Origin: Bdellovibrionota bacterium | GTDB lineage: Bacteria; Bdellovibrionota_C; UBA2361; CALJRW01 | Length of the DNA stretch: 64,000 nt | Reading direction: 5' to 3' | Assembly (NCBI GenBank): GCA_041740355.1 | Contig: JBGSMD010000061.1 | Span: forward strand, 9,514 to 73,513 | Part shown: piece by piece, positions 57,461 through 64,000 of the stretch | Layout: the number at the start of each line of letters is the position of its first letter | How positions within the stretch are numbered: the first letter of the stretch is position 1 | The notes under the pieces: model-generated | Seen by the model: the letters and a program-made list of their open reading frames with translations, nothing else | Databases searched by the model: none | What the model was told of the DNA's origin: nothing | Position numbers and translations under genes: made by a program

Positions 57461-58330
57461 TTAATTAAGATTAATATGATTTTTAAGATACAATATCTGT
57501 CGTTTTTCAATCATTACACTTATCAAACTATTTATTGCTAATCCTAATTCTAGACCTACCTGCGAAATCATCACTCCGCTGTACTTTTGATAGGAATCTA
57601 TAAGTGAAGACTGGATCTGCGGAATTTCTTTTATCAAGTCACTCAAATCTTTCTCAGGGAAGCCAAGTGTGGTTTCTGCAAAATCAATTATTCCCGTACA
57701 CTTGCCTGCTTTAAACAAAATATTTGAAATATTAAAATCTCCATGTATCAAATATGAAGATCTATTTTTTAAAAAATCTAAGGCACGACTTTCTAATTCT
57801 TCAGTCGTCTTAAAAAGAACTATGTCATCTTTAGAATTTGCTTTTAACTCTTCCAAGCTAAATGAGGGAAAGATAGTTTTTAATGCTAAAGAGTTTAAGG
57901 CACGATGTAATGAAGCTAATTCTTCGCCTAATGTAGCTCCTAAGCTTGATAAGTCTTGAGTACTAAGTTTAATGAGATCGGATATTTTTCGAGGTTGACC
58001 TGCAATCTTACTCATCCTCAGCCAAAAATTGAATCCTAATTTATCGACAATTGTTCTTACTGGAATCTTGCCATATCCAAAAATTTGCGGGATTGAAAAA
58101 TTACCCTCTAATTTTAATTTGGCAAGTTCGCTCAACACCTCATATTCTCTAGTTATCTTAATTTCCCCACTTCCAATTCCAGCACAATTTTTTTTAATTA
58201 ACTTTATGACAGTACCATCTCCTAAATCGAAAACATTACCCCAGAGACCGGTACCAATTATGATAAAATCTAACGGAGTAAAATTTTCAAAATCAATTAA
58301 TTTCATGACAACTTGAGAAGCCCTAGGCAC
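57461..58330 (-). CDS. Aminoglycoside phosphotransferase-fold small-molecule kinase (start may be ATG 58306)
   Basis: IGTGLWGNV Gly loop, VIK, REYEVL, LIHGDFNISNIL Brenner motif, GIIDFAE. Confidence 0.8.
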   Translation of the reverse strand: MPRASQVVMKLIDFENFTPLDFIIIGTGLWGNVFDLGDGTVIKLIKKNCAGIGSGEIKITREYEVLSELAKLKLEGNFSIPQIFGYGKIPVRTIVDKLGFNFWLRMSKIAGQPRKISDLIKLSTQDLSSLGATLGEELASLHRALNSLALKTIFPSFSLEELKANSKDDIVLFKTTEELESRALDFLKNRSSYLIHGDFNISNILFKAGKCTGIIDFAETTLGFPEKDLSDLIKEIPQIQSSLIDSYQKYSGVMISQVGLELGLAINSLISVMIEKRQILYLKNHINLN

Positions 58331-58675
58331 ACGTTAAGTTTAGCTATGCTCGTAAAAATCACAATTAATTTATCAACTTTCAAAACTGAACTTAGCCGAA
58401 GATTTGATCCCCGGCATATGAATCTTGAGTCTCAGAATTGATCTGATTAGTACAGCATTACTGAAGAGAATAGTTGCTTTGAACCTGTCAAACCAGAACC
58501 AAAATAAGTTGCCTGCCTTCAAGAAAGTCAAACACACATCTATAATGAGTAAAATCCCTGTTTAAATGTTGTAGCAATCATCAATTAGAGCTAATTGGAA
58601 ATAATAGGCTGTTAATTGCGTCAAAAATCAAATCGAGTCTTTAAATTTTCCTTTTAAATTGCTAAACTAATTTAC

Positions 58676-60058
58676 ATGTTTAAAAATCTTTCTCCTCGCG
58701 AAAAATCGCTGACTATCATCTGTTTTACTCTCTGTCTAGCTCTTGGGATTACAATCCAAACTACAGTTGATGTTAATGCAAGTTCTAAAAATTCGGATAT
58801 TTATGATGAACTTCAAACTTTTACTGACGTTCTAGCAATTGCCCAGAGTGATTATGTCTCTGAACCGAACAATAAAGAGATCATTGCCGGAGCAATTAAA
58901 GGAATGCTAGCTACGCTTGACCCACATAGTAATTATTTAGATCCAAGTTTTTATGAAGACCTTGAGATTCAAACAAAAGGTCGTTTTGGCGGACTTGGAA
59001 TTGAAATCAGCATGAAAGATGGCATGCTATTAGTGGTTTCTCCGATGGAAGATTCTCCGGCAATTAAAGTCGGGGTTCAAGCGGGCGATTATATCTTAAA
59101 AATTAATGATGAATTTACTAAAGACTTCAGCCTAAACGATGCCATCGCCAAGCTTAGAGGACCAATCGGAGAACCTGTAAAAATCAGTGTACAAAGAAAA
59201 GGTATTAATAAATTAATCGAATTCTCAATTGTACGTGACACAATCAAAATTCAAAGTATTCGCAAACGTTATCTTCAAAATGATTATGGCTATGTCCGTA
59301 TTGCCCAGTTCATGGAAAATTCTGCAAATGACCTAAAAAATGCAATTGAAGAACTTGAGAAATCAAATGGCAGTAAACCACTGAAAGGATTAATTCTTGA
59401 CTTTCGTAATAACCCCGGCGGCTTACTAACTCAAGCGGTTCGTATCTCTGATATGTTCCTAGAAGAAGGTGTAATAGTTTATACAAAAGGTCGCATCAAG
59501 GATCAGCAACAAAGATTTTATGCTAAGAAAACTAATGACGAGCTTACTTACCCAGTAGTAGTTTTGGTTAATGGTGGTTCAGCTTCTGCTTCTGAAATTG
59601 TCGCAGCGGCTCTGAAAGATCATGGCAGAGCCTTAGTCGTTGGAACTCAAACTTTTGGAAAAGGATCTGTCCAAACAGTTACTCCTCTTAATAATGGTGG
59701 AGCTTTAACATTAACGACTGCTCTTTATTACACTAAGAGCGGAAACTCGATTCAAGGAGAAGGCGTTGTACCAGATATTGAAGTAGAACCAAAACCTATT
59801 GATCCTGACAAGTTAAAGACTTCAGAGTTTAAAGGAATTAGAGAGTCAGAATTACCAAAAGCTATCAGCAACCCAAACAACAAGGGAGATTCCGGAACAA
59901 CACCACTTCAGAAGATAAATCAAACACCAACTGTAGAGATTACAGAGGAGCCAATTAATCCGGAAAAGACAGCTTTGAAAGATTGGTTAGAACGCGACTT
60001 ACAGATGGCTAAGGCAGTTGAAGTTCTAAAGAATTTTGAGGTCTTTAGTAAAAAATAA
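58676..60058 (+). CDS. ctpA: S41 carboxyl-terminal processing protease
   Basis: LDPHS.Y, FGGLGIEI PDZ, LDFRNNPGGLL, SASASEIVA, TFGKGSVQ. Confidence 0.95.
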   Translation: MFKNLSPREKSLTIICFTLCLALGITIQTTVDVNASSKNSDIYDELQTFTDVLAIAQSDYVSEPNNKEIIAGAIKGMLATLDPHSNYLDPSFYEDLEIQTKGRFGGLGIEISMKDGMLLVVSPMEDSPAIKVGVQAGDYILKINDEFTKDFSLNDAIAKLRGPIGEPVKISVQRKGINKLIEFSIVRDTIKIQSIRKRYLQNDYGYVRIAQFMENSANDLKNAIEELEKSNGSKPLKGLILDFRNNPGGLLTQAVRISDMFLEEGVIVYTKGRIKDQQQRFYAKKTNDELTYPVVVLVNGGSASASEIVAAALKDHGRALVVGTQTFGKGSVQTVTPLNNGGALTLTTALYYTKSGNSIQGEGVVPDIEVEPKPIDPDKLKTSEFKGIRESELPKAISNPNNKGDSGTTPLQKINQTPTVEITEEPINPEKTALKDWLERDLQMAKAVEVLKNFEVFSKK

Positions 60059-60210
60059 TTGATACTATTAGAGATTCAAGTTCTCGAATCTGAATCTTTC
60101 GCCCTGTATATTAGGATACATTAAAAATTCCTTGCGTAATGTTTTAGCAAAGCGTTTGTAGCGAATTCTTAGGAACCTCGAGCTTAGTTTAAGCAGAATT
60201 TGCGTAAATT

Positions 60211-60241
60211 AATCTCTAGGAAGACCTTCCTACTAGAGATT
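60211..60241. terminator. Hairpin between convergent ctpA and the Sel1 gene
   Basis: AATCTCTAG…CTAGAGATT with inner GGAAG/CTTCC. Confidence 0.45.
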
Positions 60242-60269
60242 CACATCCATAATTAAAAGAAGTAATCTA

Positions 60270-60848
60270 CTACTGGAGTGCCTGATCCATTTCACATGGG
60301 ATATTTAATCCCTTAGAGGCTAGCAGATCGCTACGCTGAATATCAGCAGAACTCATTGATTTACGAACCTTCTCCATTCGAGCTCTGGCATCAGGCTCCC
60401 CATGTTGATCGGCTAATCTCAACCACGAGTAACTAATCGGCAAAGAAGTTGCATTCCCAGTAGCTAGCTCATTAAGTCCAGTAGTCGCACGTCTAAGTAA
60501 TCGCAAACCATCAACAAGGTCACCTGAGTAAATTTTTCCTAACTTATACATTGCTGGCGCGTATCCTTGCCTTGCAGAAGCACAAAGCCAAGCAACAGCT
60601 ACTTCCGTGTCATAAGCGACTCCCGACTTCTCAGTGGAACAACAGTAGGAATTACCTAATTTATACTGAGCAATCTTATCACCACGATCCGCATCTCGTT
60701 GATACTCTGCCCGACGAGCTTCATCAACAGCGATGTGTCCACCTTCGAATACTGCGGCAACACAACCAGTAATCAAACCTATCGATACCATTGAAATTAT
60801 AATCTTATGATTAAATATTTGCATTATAACTTTTCCTTTTCTAATCAA
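60270..60848 (-). CDS. Sel1-like repeat lipoprotein
   Basis: Lipobox-like ITGC; AQYKLG.Y, AVAW…SARQGYAPAMYKLGKIY.G. Confidence 0.8.
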   Translation of the reverse strand: MIRKGKVIMQIFNHKIIISMVSIGLITGCVAAVFEGGHIAVDEARRAEYQRDADRGDKIAQYKLGNSYCCSTEKSGVAYDTEVAVAWLCASARQGYAPAMYKLGKIYSGDLVDGLRLLRRATTGLNELATGNATSLPISYSWLRLADQHGEPDARARMEKVRKSMSSADIQRSDLLASKGLNIPCEMDQALQ

Positions 60849-60860
60849 TCAAATTGAGTA

Positions 60861-61478
60861 TTACCTAGCAACTGGCTTCACAGACAAGGCAACTGCTTGA
60901 GCATAACTGACAGCAACTGTCTGGCCAACTTTTATACGCGTAAGGTTTTCAGGAATCATTACCTTCACAGTTTGCACAATACCTTCTGGGTTTTGTACTG
61001 TCACTGTGGAGTTAACTTCATTAATAGAGACAATCTTAAAAACCGTATGAGCAACAGTGGCAACTTCTACACCAGGTGGTAGATTTAAATCAGCTTTTCC
61101 GGCAGCAATCTCCGCAATTCTTGGGTTCTGATACTCTTCGGCTGTAATCGGACGCACAGCAAAAGCAAGACTTTCATAATACCCAACCTGTACTTGATCT
61201 CCCACACGAACATCATGCAGTCGTTCGATGCTCGGATCAACTCGTAGGGAGACCTCTTGATTATCACTTCCTAACAAGACAACATCTCTAGTCTTGTAAT
61301 TAATTTTTTTAACTGTCGCCGTCACTTCTAATAAATCTATTTGTTGTTGAACTAATGGTCCAGTTGAACTTCTAAGTAAAGTACTTTCTATTCGGGGACG
61401 GGGTGGAGTAGAAATAGTAGAACAGGCAAGTAAAACAGTGGCAGATAGAACTAGGCCACCAATCAATAATTTATTCAT
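60861..61478 (-). CDS. Lipoprotein with two tandem OB-like beta repeats
   Basis: Lipobox LLAC; repeated TV..I…V.L….G…L..V(R/K)VG..V.V.Y units. Confidence 0.75.
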   Translation of the reverse strand: MNKLLIGGLVLSATVLLACSTISTPPRPRIESTLLRSSTGPLVQQQIDLLEVTATVKKINYKTRDVVLLGSDNQEVSLRVDPSIERLHDVRVGDQVQVGYYESLAFAVRPITAEEYQNPRIAEIAAGKADLNLPPGVEVATVAHTVFKIVSINEVNSTVTVQNPEGIVQTVKVMIPENLTRIKVGQTVAVSYAQAVALSVKPVAR

Positions 61479-61494
61479 TAAATTTTTCCAAATA

Positions 61495-61608
61495 ATAAAT
61501 TAAAAACCGAATACACTCAAAAAGCAATTAGTGTTTTCAGTTTATTCGGATGTTAGTATATTTGATTTTCCCACCTCAAACGCTTGCTAGGGCAATGCTA
61601 ATTTCGCC
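61495..61608 (-). repeat. Composite structured element, copy B (related to 42091-42214)
   Basis: Minus strand GGCGAAATTAGCATTGCCCTAGCAAGCGTTTGAGGTGGGAAAATCAAATATACTAACA, whose 3' end forms the left arm of an imperfect 19-bp IR with a CCGAATA/TATTCGG core. Confidence 0.65.
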
Positions 61609-61971
61609 TTACGGATCCTATGTATTTCCTTAACCCTCCTCAGTTCCTTTTTGTAAAAAATTATCTGAGGAGCAAAAAATCAAAAACCAATCAGATTCTT
61701 AAGTATCTTCAATTAGTATAATATGTGTAGAAAATACATATTGGAAACTAGAGATCTCCCCTAGGTGCTGTCATCCTATTTTTGATAACGGGATCAATCA
61801 TTTGTTAATTTATTCAGTTAACAAAAATGACTAGCAATCCGAATGAGCAAACACTATCACATATTGAAACATACGAATCAAGATAAAACTTAGCGTTACT
61901 AATCTAGTCATTCTATCTTAGCAAAGAAGATCAATCAGCTTTGAAAATGGAGGAAAATGGTAATTAACTAT

Positions 61972-63051
61972 TTAAAAAAACATTAAGATTAAGCTCAATG
62001 ATCCAAAATAAAGTAACGGGAAAATGAGACGACAACGACGATCAATCAAATCTCCTCGATGATTCTTGCCCAAGCGATCACAATGACTAACAACCAAATT
62101 CATAACAACTGCTAAGGCCATGATCAAAAAACTAATATTCAAAAATAAAGTCATTAAAGTCACGTATGCAATATGTGGTAAAATTCCACTAAGCACAATT
62201 TGATAAGTAACGACTGTCAGTATTCCAATAAAAGAAATATTAACTCTATCTCCAAGTGAAGATCGATCCATCCAGAAAACAGACCAAGAAAGCATAACCA
62301 ATAATACTAATGGAAAAACAACTAAACGAAGCATAAAAAAAGACTGTCGTTTCAGATCGATAATCACATTAAAGGTTGAAGACTTGCTAGGCACTCCTGT
62401 GTGTAAAACATTAATCTCATCAATTTCAGAACGTAAATTTAATAATTCCCATTGAGAAATTCGAATTTTATCAGCAAAAGAATTAATTAATTTAGGATTA
62501 AGCTTTAATTCGACTTGACTTTGATCAAAACCAAAGACCTCAAAAACAGCCATGAGCTGTTGTGAGTCAAAAGGATATCGTTTCATCTTCAAATTGCCTT
62601 TAGCAATCGCATTTATTGTCTCTGTCAGAATACTAGTTCCATCAGGCAAGACTCGCAATAAGATACCCTGCGTTTCATACTGATCGGCATCATTAACTAA
62701 CACTACCTGCGGATACCAAGCAGTAGAAAGTTCATTCACTTGAGAATTGCCCTGATATATCTTTTCAGAAACTAACTCTTCGGCGGGATTAAACGCTTGA
62801 CGTGGGTCTTGCCAAATCAGCGTCAGCACCCCTGAAAATTGAAACTTCTCTGATTGATCATCAATCAGATTAATATTTCGTAATTGAAAGGCTACCTGCA
62901 CCTCCAATGGTTTACCATCCGAGGAAGGCAGGCTAAGTGAAGAAACTTGATTTAAAGATGCAGAACTAGGAACTTGCTCTGCTAAAACTAAGGGAACAGA
63001 AATTGTCCCAAAAGCTAGAAGCATGAGAATGATACTAACTAATATTCTCAT
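61972..63051 (-). CDS. Pentameric ligand-gated ion channel (ELIC/GLIC-like)
   Basis: Signal peptide; P..V.V…I..ID…F…L.W.DPR; WYP; Pro-loop YPFDSQ; four TM helices (FP…LSWSVFWM, DRVNISFIGILT, LP..YVT). Confidence 0.9.
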   Translation of the reverse strand: MRILVSIILMLLAFGTISVPLVLAEQVPSSASLNQVSSLSLPSSDGKPLEVQVAFQLRNINLIDDQSEKFQFSGVLTLIWQDPRQAFNPAEELVSEKIYQGNSQVNELSTAWYPQVVLVNDADQYETQGILLRVLPDGTSILTETINAIAKGNLKMKRYPFDSQQLMAVFEVFGFDQSQVELKLNPKLINSFADKIRISQWELLNLRSEIDEINVLHTGVPSKSSTFNVIIDLKRQSFFMLRLVVFPLVLLVMLSWSVFWMDRSSLGDRVNISFIGILTVVTYQIVLSGILPHIAYVTLMTLFLNISFLIMALAVVMNLVVSHCDRLGKNHRGDLIDRRCRLIFPLLYFGSLSLILMFF

Positions 63052-63308
63052 AAATTATTATTGTTTAGATTGATAATTTAAGTCGATCTCTAAACCTCAG
63101 TTTTGGACAAGAAAGCTGAAGTGCTTGAACTGATTGAAAACTATGGTTCTAAGGTTAAAATAACAATGTTGAACTGTTTGATTTATAGAAGTCAGAGGAC
63201 AGCATCAAAGATTAAATAATCTTTGATGCTTGGAGAACACTTTTCGCTTAACTAAAACCAAAGTGAATCTATGCAAACTTTCTTGTTTTTCCAACTACAA
63301 CCTTGTTC

Positions 63309-63602
63309 TTATTCGTTATCATTCTCAGCTACTGCTTCGTCTAGCTGTTCTTCGGCTTCAGCTAGTTTTTGTTCTTGTTCAAGAATCTGAACTTGTGTTT
63401 TACGAGCGTCAATAGAGTCAACTCCATCGACTTTAATCTCGCGCACTTGCTTTTTTCTTAATTGATCAATTTTCGATTTAGCCATACTTTCATCAATCTG
63501 AGCTTGGCGGACAGAATTTTCGGCAAAGCAACAAGTCGATGATAGGCATAAAAAAACTACTGCTAATGTTGAAAAAATAATTTTACTTGATTTAATTTTC
63601 AT
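63309..63602 (-). CDS. Small exported coiled-coil protein, hypothetical
   Basis: Basic N-terminus, hydrophobic core, then a charged helical region. Confidence 0.6.
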   Translation of the reverse strand: MKIKSSKIIFSTLAVVFLCLSSTCCFAENSVRQAQIDESMAKSKIDQLRKKQVREIKVDGVDSIDARKTQVQILEQEQKLAEAEEQLDEAVAENDNE

Positions 63603-63862
63603 ATCTATAAATAATAAAAAGATATTAATTAATATTGCATAGTTTGTCTTTATTAGCGAGAAAAATAATGACTTAAAAGTTAATAAGATTATAGCTTACA
63701 TCCTAATTCGAATTTAACCTCACTAAATTCTTATCCAAAAGTATACTGATTTAGGAAAAAGTCTGGATCCTTTTCCATCAGATTATCACTTAAACCAACC
63801 TCATGAAAAAAACTTACATCTAATGCTTGTCTAGCTTCGCCATACAAATTAGTTTGAAGAAT

Positions 63863-63930
63863 ATAGAAAGTCCAAAAAGTAATTTACGTAAGGAAATTAC
63901 TTTTTGGGGCTTTCTATCCCCCGGAGGGAT
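63863..63930. repeat. Long intergenic hairpin plus a small ATCCC-CCGGA-GGGAT hairpin
   Basis: ATAGAAAGTCCAAAAAGTAATTT / AAATTACTTTTTGGGGCTTTCTAT. Confidence 0.6.
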
Positions 63931-64000
63931 AATAAAATCATATAGTTATGACAAAAAAACAAATTGATCTATTAAATTTTTACGTAATTTATTTTTTGTC

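Noticed and set aside
57461-58330. Naming the kinase amgK or a bona fide aminoglycoside-resistance gene
   Set aside because: Only fold-level motifs are visible; AmgK signatures are absent and substrate cannot be read from sequence
830-63415. The many 60-108 aa ORFs antisense to or nested in long genes (e.g. 4492-4818, 21515-21817, 57669-57959)
   Set aside because: Shadow frames of well-supported genes, with no motifs or independent signals

Overview
AT-rich chromosomal window from a Gram-negative bacterium (lpxD present). Gene content looks deltaproteobacterial/Bdellovibrionota-like, but that is inference only. Housekeeping genes: murC-murB, xth-lpxD, birA-coaX, dnaE, menI-menA, a CorC/HlyC protein, a FadF-like Fe-S oxidoreductase, a beta-CASP nuclease, HU, a split complex I locus (nuoCDEFG and nuoHJKLMN, with no nuoA, B or I in the window), a HelD-like ATPase and ctpA. 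An accessory island (about 18.2-32.2 kb) holds three very large modular exported proteins. Two of them share an unnamed 4-Cys N-terminal domain and matching sigma-28-like promoters, and the third ends in a di-heme cytochrome c. Three decayed IS3 transposase 3' ends sit in the island's long intergenic gaps. Also present: an alternating-strand peptidoglycan-recycling cluster (ampD, nagZ, MupP-like HAD, anmK, APH-fold kinase), a prokaryotic pentameric ligand-gated ion channel, and at least four families of intergenic palindromic repeats. No rRNA, complete tRNA, CRISPR array or intact transposase was seen. All family calls come from motif recognition by eye, with no database search.
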